Positions 1 to 11,619 of a stretch of DNA of 64,000 nt are shown here, piece by piece. Position numbers and translations under genes: made by a program. Position 1 is the stretch's first letter, and each line of letters starts with the position of its first letter. The notes below the pieces were generated by a model. The model did no database searches. It had not been told where the DNA came from and saw only the letters and a list, made by a program, of their open reading frames with translations. Source of the DNA: Eukaryota sp. TZLM1-RC (lineage: Eukaryota; Protista; Metamonada: BaSk clade); NCBI GenBank assembly GCA_040285825.1, contig JAUPSS010000001.1, positions 620,001 through 684,000 on the forward strand. Direction: 5' to 3'.

Positions 1-234
1 TTTTATCCCTTTTCTTTATCCCAAAGGCTTGGATTTATTATCTATTTATTGATTTTTTGTTATTTATTTATTGATATTTTATTATTTCAAATTGCTTGTA
101 TTTTCAATAAAACCATGAGAAAAAAAGGTTTAATTTAATTAAACTCGGGATCCGTGGTCATTAAAATGAATCGAACCAGAATCTGTAACATTGAAACTGT
201 TATTCAGTCAAATTTATTGCTGTTTAATGTCCGT

Positions 235-308
235 GTTGATGTAGGGGAGGCAGGTTTTGAGGATGTGGAGTTTTAATTGTGTATTTCATATTTGTTGTTG
301 AATAAAGA
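235..308 (+). mobile_element. Severely 5'-truncated RLE non-LTR retrotransposon 3' tip (family D) with 13-bp TSD
   Basis: Encodes VGEAGFEDVEF* like the end of ORF 603..1013, then AATAAA. Flanked by the direct repeat GTTTAATGTCCGT at 222-234 and 309-321. Confidence 0.75.
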
Positions 309-553
309 GTTTAATGTCCGTACAACAGAGCTGAATACATATTATAAACTTTTTTTGCTCCGAATTAAACCATTTTAGGATTGCCAGAAAATCTTTGAGA
401 TACTGAATTTTGTTGAATTACGTAATCTCAATACAAAAACACAATGATTCCGCTTTGTAACTTACTGTTGAAGAAAACTTCAGAATCAACAATGCTCATA
501 GTAATTTGATATTCAATTCCAAAAGTTTAAGTTTATTTTTAAGTTTGCTGTAC

Positions 554-1247
554 ATTCAATTTTATTCATTTAACAAGAAATATGGACACATAAAATACAC
601 AGCTAAAACTGCACATCCTTAAAACCCGCCTCCCCCACTTCAAAATTATTAATTGCTAAAGATTCAGAAAATTTCCCAAAGGAAGAGAGTGAATCAGAAA
701 TTAGTTTTATCATTCCCTTATAAATAGAAAATTCAATCCTGTTTTGCCAGTAAACACGATTGAAAATTCTTCCAGTTCTTTCTTTTGCAACTACAGCAAA
801 ATCCTCGAGGAAAGCCATAGCAGCCTTACCTAGAGATCCAAGCAAAGAAAAAACAAAAGGACATAAATTATATTGGGCATGAGAATTTTCATTAACTGAG
901 AAAATGGGTTTCACATATTTAGCAATTTTATATTTTTCGCCTGCAAGAAGAGGATTATTTACATCCGAGTTAATGAGATGTTCGTTAGAAGTATCAAAAG
1001 GGTCAATGGACATGACGTCTTAAATGGTAACGCTTCTATTTAATCCGACAACAACCAACTCACCTCTTGCCAGACCATATAACTTCTGTTGTAGCGATTA
1101 CTATCAATATCGGGGTCATCAAGAATTAATTGTGAGAACAACGGCTCTCATAAGGAATCTACTCGATATGATTTACATATGACATAAATTTGGTCCCTGA
1201 CATTATAATGTACTTTGCTTCTAAATGTAATGAAATGTTTACAGTTC
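554..1247 (-). mobile_element. 5'-truncated RLE non-LTR retrotransposon (family D), endonuclease region, decayed
   Basis: ORF 603..1013 has KxxKY and PFVFSLLGSLG, typical of the RLE C-terminus. Flanking direct repeat AGTTTG(C/T)TGTAC at 542-553 and 1248-1259. Confidence 0.8.
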
Positions 1248-1432
1248 AGTTTGTTGTACTACTCGAGTTTTTTATTTTTATTTATTGTATCAAGAGTTCA
1301 ATGCTGATAACTGTTCGTTCTTTTTTATACTCTTAAACATTTTTTATTCTGAAAAAGCTGGAATTGCCTACATGGCAAGAAATGAATCTCCTGTAATAAA
1401 GAACCTTTTCTTTTTCCGTTGAAACAGTAACA

Positions 1433-1836
1433 TTGATCAAATTTTTGGGAGTTTATTTGAACAGCTATTATCCATCTTGCGAAAATTTAAACCATCATCG
1501 ATCAAGTAGGGGAGTTGGATGGAAAAATTACTTTGAGAGAAATGGTTACACAGTATGTTTAGTTGATGAGAGAAACACATCTTCAAAGTGTCCAACTTGT
1601 TATAACCCAGTGAATGTATTTTTTGATGTTGAGAACCCTAGTCCATGGATGAGAGAGAAATATCCTACTGTGAAATGTTATGCTTTGTTAAGATGTCGAG
1701 CTGAAGTTTGTGAGAAGAATGTCAAGGAAAGGGTAAGGTGTGGAATCGTAACAAGTTAGCACGTATCAACATCAAGGCAATTGTAGATTATTTTGTAGAG
1801 GACAGTGTTGGTGATAGGCCTTCATATTTGTCATAA
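1433..1836 (+). pseudogene. Fanzor (TnpB-like) C-terminal remnant
   Basis: RGVGW...VCLVDERNTSSKCPTC...ALLRC, then after a frameshift near 1740 WNRNKLARINI...RPSYLS*. This gives RuvC-II Glu, Zn finger and RuvC-III (D to N). Confidence 0.8.
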
Positions 1837-1923
1837 GATGTAGCCTTTTACCACACTGAATCTGTAGCATTTTTTGGCTTGAATTCAATTTTACTGTTGC
1901 CGTTGGGCATTACGCTAGCTGGA

Positions 1924-2000
1924 TGTAAAGAGAGTTAAGATAAAGTTAATTTTATTAAATGTCATTCTATATAAAGGTACTCACTAGTGAGATACCTACA
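1924..2000 (-). repeat. 3' LTR (77 bp) of Ty3/Gypsy element
   Basis: Minus strand reads TGTAGG...CTTTACA directly after a polypurine tract (2001-2017). Contains TATA-like and AATAAA motifs and resembles the 81-bp solo LTRs at 29733 and 38502. Confidence 0.75.
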
Positions 2001-2031
2001 CTACCTTCTCTCGTTTCGTTAATTAAAATTA

Positions 2032-4676
2032 CTAACTATTGTTGTTCCGCTTCCTTTGCGGATATCGCTTTTGTCGAGGCACGGGGAGAGCCTGAGACGA
2101 GCTATTGGATATATTAGCTTTGCGTTTTCTTTTATTTGGCTTACTAATAAATCGCTTATACGCTTCTGAATATCTGATCGAATGGAGTGGTTCCTCGGTA
2201 GTTTCTCCACCAAACCATTTCACAGTACAGAAGGCTCCCTGAGATGTTTTATATTCCTCAAGGATTTCTTCGATGACATGTTTACCTGAATCGGGGGCTG
2301 CGATTACCCTGGGTAAATCAACATCGTTAGGATCGTCAGTCTCTCTTTGATACCTTTGTCTCATCACCAGTCGTCAGGTTCTTAACTGTCAATGTGTAAT
2401 TGGATGGGATTTCTATAATTAAAAATGGGCCTAACGAAGATCCATGCAATTTGCTGTTTTGCTTAGCTTTTCGAAGAATATAGTCACCAATCTTAAATGT
2501 GGTTTCTGCATTGTTATTAATATTATTCTGACTGGGTTTGTTTAATAATTGGTGGTTCTCTGCTTCCTCCCATTTCTTTTGGAGACGATCAGTTTTAAGT
2601 TTGAGGTCTTGTAAAAGTGAGACATTGGATTCAAAATCGAATATGCCGCCAAGGATGTTAGCAGGGTCTAGGGCTGATATATGTCCCGAAAATCAATTCA
2701 TAGGGGGTGTGGTTTGTGATTCTGCTTTTGGTTGAGTTAATTAATAACTGTGTAATTGGGACATATGTGGACCAAGCATCATAGTCGTTGTAATCTATTA
2801 ATAATCTTCTTATACATTGAATTACATCCCTATGTTTCCTTTCTACCAATCCATTACTTTCAGAGTGATATGGAATTGAATTTGTGACTTCAATTGACAT
2901 TCTCTGGCATAGCAATTTGAATGTTTCATTGGCGAACTCTGGGCCATTATCACTATGTATAGCCATATGTATGCCGAATATTGCACAGATATTCCAAATT
3001 AATGCATCTGCCACTTCTAAAGCATTGAGTTCTTTCAGTGGCACTAGTATTGTATATCTAGTGAAACTGTTGACGAAAACTAATAAGTATTTATTATCAT
3101 TATTATCTTTATTCAGAGGTCCAATTGTGTCTACATTTAGTTTAGCAAATGGACGATTTGCCTACAGTGAGCCCGTTGAGGGAGTCTTTGATTGTTTTAT
3201 GGGGGCTGTTTTCTGACAAGTAGGACATTTTTCGATGTGTTTGATGAGGTCTTTTCTCATGTTTGGCCAGTAAAAATCACTTTTGGAAAGCTTGTGAAGA
3301 CTTTCGTTTTTGCTTGGGTGGTCTGATTGTGTTAATCTGTGTATTAGATTGAGTGCTGTTTTTCTTAGTTTGGTCGGTATTATCATTTTGTTATTATTAT
3401 TAAGCCAGATTTCTGTGTTTCTGCAGAGTGTGGCGTTTTTGGCGTTATTGCTAATGGCCAGTTGTTGTTCTGCTCTTACTTTGGATAACCAATTTGAAAA
3501 GATTGGTAAATCTGGGTGTCTTGATAATTCGAGAATGTGGATTGGTTCTGGACTTTCATAGTCGGAATCGTCATCTGGGGGGTGGAATTTCACCGTGCCA
3601 GTAAGGATCGTGTGGGTGACTGATGTGATTTAATTCTGGTATTACTGAATTGTCGTCAATGTTTTGTGACATCATGTCTGCCCAGTGATTGTCTTCTCCT
3701 TTCTCATGTACTATATCAAAATCAAATTCTGATAAAATAGGTAACCATCTTCTGACTATTCTGTTCTTTTCTGGAGCTGTGGCGAGAAACGCAATATTTC
3801 TATGGTCGGTGAATATGGTTAAGTGTCGAGTGATGAGGAAGAGCTTTCTAAATGGCTTTCTGTTAGTATTAATAATATTGCGTATAGTTCCTTTTGTAAT
3901 GTTGACCAACGTTTTTGAGTATCAGTTAATATTCTACTGTAAAAAGAGATTGGTTTTACTTTTCTATCTTTTAATGCAGTTCCTATGGGTGCATATGGTT
4001 CGACCTCTTGCCAGATAACTCCTTCTACTGCGATGTCTGATGCATCGGTGCTTATTAAAATGCGTTTGTCTGGTGATGGTAATTCCAGAGGCATATGATT
4101 AATGATTAATTCTTTTATTTGTTCTAATAGTTGGTCGTGTATGGTTTCCCAGTTGACACGGCGTTGTTTGTGTTTGATTAATTCGTTTATGGGTGCAATT
4201 AGTTGTGAAATGTTTGGGAGCCAGTCTCTGATGAAATTGACTGAGCCGACTAATGACCGAACTTCTTTTATTGTTTTTGGAGCAGGTATGTTAATTAAAG
4301 CATCGACTCGTTTTTGACTAATTTTACGTTGTTTATATTGGAAAGTGCTGCCTAAAATGTCAATTGGTTGTTTGTCAGTAACGAATTTACATTTTTTCAA
4401 TCCAATGTTGACTCTTCTATCCCTTGCGCATTGCAGTACCCTTTGAATTCTTTCTACAAATTGTTGAAGGGTTGATCCAATTATGATTATGTCATCAATG
4501 TATATGAACACTCCGTCTATCTGAAAAATTTCCATCATAACATTTTGAAAAATTGCTGGGATACTCTTTAATCAGAAACATGCCCTTTTAAACATAATGG
4601 ATCTGCCAGGGATAGAGATGGATGTCTTTTCAATATCCTCGTCAGCGACTTTCATCTGCCAAAAAGCTTTTGGAAG
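2032..4676 (-). mobile_element. Ty3/Gypsy (chromovirus-type) pol, 3' part: RT-RNaseH-integrase-chromodomain, frameshifted
   Basis: LPKAFWQ, YIDD (RT); TDAS, FTDH (RNase H); CPTC, HSDNGPEF, SNGLVER (integrase); VKWFGGETTEEP (chromodomain). Several stops and frameshifts. Confidence 0.92.
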
Positions 4677-5069
4677 TTATAATTTAGTTATAATTTCATC
4701 TGTCAAATATATTTGCATAAATTCCCCGTGACCATCCAACTCACCGTGATGATTTGGAGTTTTTTGGTGTTTTATAAATGTATATTGTTTACCATTCTTT
4801 TCGAAATGATATGCAACTTCCTTAATCTCAGATGATGTTGAGATTTGATTTAATAATGTTCGCACATTAATAGAATTTTCAACATCATATTTAGTGATGT
4901 ATTCATTTAAACTAAAATCACGAATTGTTTGTGGTGATAAATATTCTGCAAGTCTATTTAATTTTTTAATTTCCATTCCTATATTAAAATTGAATAGTTT
5001 AACATTTTTCACAATTCCGTGTTGTGTGAATGCTGGCCAATATTGTTCTTTTCCATCCAATTTATCCAC
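4677..5069 (-). CDS. Hypothetical viral protein
   Basis: ORF inside the viral block; no recognisable motif. Confidence 0.45.
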   Translation of the reverse strand: MDKLDGKEQYWPAFTQHGIVKNVKLFNFNIGMEIKKLNRLAEYLSPQTIRDFSLNEYITKYDVENSINVRTLLNQISTSSEIKEVAYHFEKNGKQYTFIKHQKTPNHHGELDGHGEFMQIYLTDEIITKL

Positions 5070-5092
5070 CCAATCTAAATAAAAATAAAACT

Positions 5093-5398
5093 CTAGTTCA
5101 GAAATAAATGGGATTTTTTTAAAGATAAATCATTGAATTCGCTAGATTCCATCAAATGTTCTTTTCCAATATAAATTGTCTCTGGTACATTATTCATCAA
5201 CACACTGATGATTGAACGTTTTTCATATTTTGTCATTAATGGATGAATTTCAAATAAATCATTCAAGGATTTATATTGTAATTCACCACCAGCTGAAGTC
5301 AGTTGTATTGTGTCAACTACCCATTTAAATTTTGTTGGGTTAAATTTTAAATTAATTTTATCAACACTATTTGGTTTAATTCGTTTTAGTATGGTCAT
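5093..5398 (-). CDS. Putative viral RNA polymerase subunit, RPB6-like
   Basis: HPLMTKYEKRSII resembles the RPB6 signature PYMTKYERARVLG; lies near other RNAP genes. Confidence 0.5.
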   Translation of the reverse strand: MTILKRIKPNSVDKINLKFNPTKFKWVVDTIQLTSAGGELQYKSLNDLFEIHPLMTKYEKRSIISVLMNNVPETIYIGKEHLMESSEFNDLSLKKSHLFLN

Positions 5399-5424
5399 TG
5401 ATAGTCAAAAAATAAAAATATTTA

Positions 5425-6051
5425 TTACCATAATGCATTAATAGAATTATTCCTCAACCATTCCTCTTTTTCATCAATTTCCATATCTTTAAACATTGTC
5501 ACAACTTTAAATCCCATTTCTTTGTATTCTGAAATTGATTTTTCGTGATATTCAATGAATTCTCGAATTTCACAATCTTTATAAACATCCTCACCATCAC
5601 GACTTCGTAATAATATTCGTTCTTTTAATTTATCAAAGTCAATTCCTAAATCAAGAACAACAATCTTATCAAAACATTCATTTAAATATTTTATACCTCT
5701 ATAAACAAGATTTTCCATTGATTCATATGTAGCATTAACAGTGTATCCTTTTTCATTGTAATTTTTTCCAAATAAATGCAAATTACCCAAAAGAAATCTA
5801 TCAAATAATAAATTATCATTACCATTTTTCCAATTATCAAAATCCAAATATCTGGATGTTGTTGTGATGATTTGAAATGTGGATGATATTAATTGGAGAT
5901 CTCTCAATTCAATTCAATTTCATTTCGTTTGTATTTTTTTATTGCATCGAGAAATGTCAATAAACTTTCCTCATAATTTTTACCATTAATAATTGCAATA
6001 CTTTTATTGTTATGATTATATACATTCCAATCATTAACATTTTCAACAATT
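5425..6051 (-). pseudogene. Viral deoxynucleoside kinase, C-terminal part (interrupted and frameshifted)
   Basis: IVENVNDW, FDRFLLGNLHLF and RILLRSRDGE match dNK motifs; joins the P-loop piece at 9493-9597 once the retrotransposon is removed. Confidence 0.8.
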
Positions 6052-9000
6052 TTTTTAATAGGATAAATTTATTTTCAACGCTAACAAAACATTAAACAAA
6101 AAACTAGAACTCAATATCCTCAATACACGCATCAACATCATCAAATCTTTTAAGCGCGCGATTTTCATACTCTATTCCTAATTGTAACAGTGCTTTGGTC
6201 AACATTTCTGGAATTGCTTTAAGAATACTGAAAACAATTCTATTGTGCCAGAAATTGAAGTTCAATTCTTTTCCTGCTCTTTCTTTTATTAAACTTCTGA
6301 AACCTTCAAGAAATTTAATGCCAGATATTCCAATGTTACCAAAAAGAGAAACAGCAAATGGAACCAACTGATACTTAACATGCTCAACACGTCCTAGCTG
6401 AGATAAGGGTTCATTGTACTTTTTGATTTTGCTCTTTTCAGCAAAAGCAAAGTGGAGTTTCATCTCTTTTAGCAAAGTCAATTGCTGAGTCTTTACAAAC
6501 ATCAACAGTGACAACATCAACAACTTTAATAACACCATCAGACGCAGGAGTAATTAAATCAGCACGGCGTTTCCCAAAAAGTATTTTCATTTTCATTTTC
6601 AGATGACAACCTTCGCACAAGTGGTTCAACAAAAGCTTCAATGTGATGGCTTTTGCACATAGCGTATAGTTGGTCTCTAACAGCATCGTGAACAACTGAG
6701 CGATATGTAATATTAAATTTGCAATTAAATAAATGATTCAGATTAATGAGCTGACCACAACGACAAATCAAATCATTTGGCACACTACATGGCCACAGGA
6801 AACACCTCATCCTGAAGGCAGTTGTCCATTGATGATCATTTAATAATAGACCATATACATTTGGAATCTGGGAAATAAGACAACTTGAGCTACTATCCTT
6901 GAGGTCAATTAAAAAGTTTGCAAAAACGGGATTCTTTTCTTTAGCCAAGCTAAGACGAACAGTGAAATCCAAGTTTTCAAAAACTTTTAATATCTTTTTC
7001 TGCAATTTAGCATATGCAAATTTCAAGGAAATCAAACTCCTGGGTGGAATATCTTGAATATCAGCAGGAAAGCATTTGGACCATATGTGAGGAGAGATGC
7101 ATTCAATTTCACTCTGCAAGGACACTAAATAGTCACTAACACAACATTCTATCAAATGCTGGTTTTCAGGAAAACGTTTCAAAAATTCAAAAACGAATTT
7201 TTTTCCTCCACCGATGAATGCGGCTTTACACAAATATTTTGATTTGTGAAAATCCAGGCCTCCCAATTCTGTGCTACAGAAAATATGACATCGTAAAAAA
7301 GAAGAATCAATATCGAGCAAATTAGCCAAAAATTTTGTTCTTAATTCAGTAAAAATTCTGCAAAATTCGAGAGAAATAGATGGTGATTTTGATCGTAAAA
7401 TATGAGTAAATTTCCCTGAATAACAAATTCTGAGGAAGAAAAATTTAAGATGTTTTTCAATATTTAAATCTGAAAGAACCATCAATTCTTCTTCAAAATT
7501 ATCCAAAAGAGAGGAAAGCTGATTTCGAATTTCATCAAAGTTGCCTAAATAACAACCTAAAAAACGAAATCCTGATTCAAAATAATTGATGAAAGGAACA
7601 CTTTGATCATCAATAATGAGATCAGCAGGCTCTCTACCAATCAATAAACATTTGGAAATATTTAGAGAAAGACCAATTTGATAATAGCGCTGTTGAACAG
7701 TTTCAGCAATTGTTCTCAATGAATCAATTGGACCAATTATTGATATGTCATCCATATAAGCAGTTATATGAACATCTGGAAATTCTTGTTTTAATTCACA
7801 CATTAAAGGATGGATAGCAAGGCAGAAAAAGAAAGGACCTAATGGATCACCTTGTTTGACACCAGATGATGATATTAGATTGAATTCCTCATAAACAAGA
7901 GTTGACTGTGAGCCATAAAAATTGTAAAAGAACGACTCAGCTTCTGGAAAATGAGTTTGAAGCAAGGGCAAGATGGACGACCTCTTCACTGCATTGAATG
8001 CGTTTTTAAAATCTAAATTAAAAATATAATTCGAAGTATTGGAATTAAAAAAGACATCAGAAGAGAGTGCTGCAGAAGATGCACCATCAACTGTTTTAAT
8101 TCCAAATTGGAAAGGACTAAAAAAATCTTTAGCCTTTTTACCAATCCTGCCAAACACAGCTGAAGCAAGAATACGAGACAAAGATTCACCAATTGCAATT
8201 GGCCTTATTTTTGATTCATTCTTTTTTAAAGCAATTAAGCGTGAACTTGTCATTTCAGATGGAAGCTTGATTTTTAATGTTAAAATTTTGTTGAAAAAGA
8301 AAACCAAATCATCAATGCATTCAGAACATTGGTTTATCGTGGATTTTAACATGTCAAAAGTGATCATTGATGGACCAGGCGCTTTTCCAGATGGTAAGTG
8401 GTTTATCAATTTAATTAGTTCATCATTAGTTACGGGATTTTGCTCCCAATAACTTACATTATTAGGTTTAGGGCACCTAAAATTTTCAACAGGATGGAGA
8501 CTCTTTAGTTGAGCAACAGTATTTTCATTACATTCTGCAAGTTCAGAGGAAAATAGGCATTGCTTAGCGGAACCATAGCGTCCCTTTAAAGCTAATTTTC
8601 GAACAATTTTTTCTTTCTTCATTACTGAAGGACGAAATTTTGATTTTGATGACAATAATTTTTTATCTTTAAGCAAAAAAACAATTTCCATAGCGGTGTT
8701 ACATCCCATATGCCTTTTTTTAAATTGGTGGTAAATTTTCGAAAACTAATTGAAAAAGGGATGCAAGAAAGAGGACTTACCTGTGATGGAACACGTATTG
8801 GAGGCCTCAAGGAATCAACAACTTTACATGATTCGCAAAAACGTAATGGTCGGCCAGAAGAATTAATGCCTAAATTTTTGGTACAAAATATACACTTATT
8901 ATTCGGAGAATCAATGGATAAATTTATAGGTACTATTGCTGGTATTTCTTGATCAGAATTATCATCATTTATGGGTAACGAAGAGAGGGATTGTTTCAAA

Positions 9001-9492
9001 TCAGCAGATGCAGCACGAGCTTTTAATTGTTCTTGTTTTATTTGGGGACATGTTTTAACGTTATGTCCCGGTTGACGACATTTGCCACAACTCTGAGAAT
9101 GGATTTTTCCAGTTTTTAATGGAGTGTTATCGGGAATCACACTTAAAAATTCATTTTTAGGATTGTGTGATAACGAAAAATTTAAATCAGCAGTTACAGC
9201 ACGAGCATTCAGTTTTTCCTTTTGAATAAGCGGACAAGTTGCAATGTTATGTCCAGATTTTCGACATTTACTACATTTGCGGCGGGGTTTAGAAAAATTT
9301 TCATTTAATTTTTTTTCCAATGATTTTCTAGCATGGAGTGACAGGTGGGGAGAATGAGAACGATTGGTGGTTGAGAAGGTTGGTTTGTCAAGATCACGTT
9401 CGGTACTTTTTGCAGTCCAGTCAGTATCACTGAGAGTGTCTGACATTAAGACTGGAGGAATTCAATCGAACCGACAAAACCGATTTGAACCG
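6052..9492 (-). mobile_element. Apparently full-length RLE non-LTR retrotransposon (CRE-like, family A)
   Basis: Two CCHC knuckles (CSKCRKSGHNIATC), RT (GVKQGDPLGP, YMDD), CRC..H..C, HDAVRD, RADL, KIKKY. Short poly(A) at the 3' end and TSD ATTTTCAACAATT at 6039-6051 and 9493-9505. Three frameshifts, at least two at homopolymers. Confidence 0.95.
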
Positions 9493-9597
9493 ATTTTCAA
9501 CAATTGGTTTGGCATTATAATACTTTGAAATTAATTTACACATTGTTGATTTTCCAGCACCAGGAGGACCTTCAACCAAAATTGCATATCTTTGCAT
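9493..9597 (-). pseudogene. Viral deoxynucleoside kinase, N-terminal P-loop part
   Basis: Manual translation gives MQRYAILVEGPPGAGKSTMCKLISKYYNAKPIVEN. Confidence 0.85.
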
Positions 9598-10096
9598 TTT
9601 TGGTGAATAAAATCATTTTTTTAAGTAAAGTAAGAATTAATCAAATTTGAGTTTATTCTATGGATGCCACCATATATAAAGTTTCCGTCTGGTATTTTCT
9701 TTTTCATTATTTTATTTTTAACAGCAATATTCATTGCATCATCCACCAGGAAGTTGAAAAGATGGGAAACCATTTTTATCCTTGGCAACAATAAAAAGCA
9801 TTCTGAGTGATGCATCGTGTCTATAAGTTGTAAAGACAGAAGATACATATCGGAAACCCTTAGTATTTATAAATATTTCATCTTTGGTGGGGTTCTAATA
9901 AAATTCCGCATTTCACAATATTGAGAAAATCAATCCATAGACTTTTACCTGGCCACCTCATAAATTTTTATTATTCGGATGATATATTCATCATGTTGTA
10001 GATAAATTTCCAATTGAAATACAGTATAATATAATAATGAAAAATGTTTATGATATTGAACAATTTTGTGTATAAGAATGATTTTATTTTTTTTTA

Positions 10097-11382
10097 ATGG
10101 AGTGTCCAATTTGTGTACAAAATTTTATAAAATCGAGAAAAAGCAATTGAGTGTCCAACCTGTAAAATTAAAATTTGTGAAAAATGTATCAAACTAAATG
10201 CACAAAATCAAATAAACTTTTCCTGTATGAGTTGCAATAATGAATGGGTAAATGTTTTTGTTGAGCAACACTTTGGGAGTTTATTTCTAAGAAATATTTT
10301 GAAAAAACAAATTGAACACGAATTTGAATTTGAAAAACAAAAATTCCCACAAATGTCAAAAACAGCCAGTTTGAAAAGAGAATATGAAAAATTATTAACC
10401 ACCATAAACAAACTAAACAAAGAAATGGGAAAAAGAAGATATAGAATTAAAAAAAAATTAAAGTTGTAATTTTCACGCGTCCATATAATGAACAACTTGA
10501 ATTGTTGAATGAATATCACCAATTATGTGATTATCTGGATCAACATGATGAGGAATATAAAAGTTATGTTAATCGCAAACGTGAAATTTATTCTATTTTA
10601 AATGATACTGATGATGAGGTTGGTGAAACACGACCTTGTTCAAAACTAATGGTTACATTATTTCTGGTAAATGTACAATTTGTGAAGATGAATATTTTAA
10701 AAAATGTATGGAACCAACACACGATGGAAAATGTGACAACGACATATTGAAAAATTAAACTGAAATTAGACGTTCAACAAAACCTTGTCCAAAATGCTCA
10801 GTTCCGATTCAAAAAATTGATGGTTGTTCACAAATGTGGTGTACAAAATGTCACACTGCATTTGACTACAACACTCTCATCATTGTTACAAGTAATATTC
10901 ATAATCCGCATTATTTTCAACATTTACGTGAATTAAATATCCAACAACAAAATGAATGTGTGAATCTAATGGATGTTATATTTTATTATCGTTGTAGATC
11001 ACGTATTCATTATCATAATTATTTTAAATATTGTGGAGATGATAATTGTGTTTGTTCAATTATTGAACCAATTCATAAAAAACTTGAAAAATTGTGTCTA
11101 AGAATTGTTCACAATGTTCAAAGACCAATTGAAATAATTGAAAAATATGAAAACATGTATCTTGCGAATGAAATATCTATGGATGTTTTAAAGAAAAAGT
11201 ATTTTGAACTTCGTTTTAAAAATATGATGTTTGGAGAAGTTCAAGCATTGTGGAATGTAATGCAAGATTTATTTTGCAAAGAATTGGGAAACTTTGAATC
11301 TTCCAAACCCATTGACAACTTATTTGATTTATTTTACAAAGAAGTTGAAATAATTTCAAAAGATTTAATAAAAAGAAAATAA
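10097..11382 (+). pseudogene. Viral-type RING/IBR (RBR-like) E3 ubiquitin ligase, fragmented
   Basis: MECPIC...CPTC...CEKC...CMSC at the start and TKPCPKCSVPIQKIDGCSQMWCTKCHTAF...HNPHY later; broken by stops and frameshifts. Confidence 0.75.
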
Positions 11383-11619
11383 TACTGTAAATAAAAATTC
11401 ATTATTTTATTGTTAAATATTTTGGATTGAAATTAAACAAGTCATAAATATTTATAATTGCAGGTGGATTTTTTAATAAAAAATATTGTAAAAATGTCCC
11501 ACCATCATTCATTCTGTCAATAAGAAAAGCATTTCTAGTTATTTGTTTTTGGAAAATTTCAAAATATAGTCGTTCAATCTCTAATAACATTTTTACAAAA
11601 AAATAATCAATTTTTTTTA

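Noticed and set aside
5078-5420. Poxvirus-type TTTTTNT terminators in viral intergenic gaps
   Set aside because: Such T-runs are too common at this AT content to be diagnostic.
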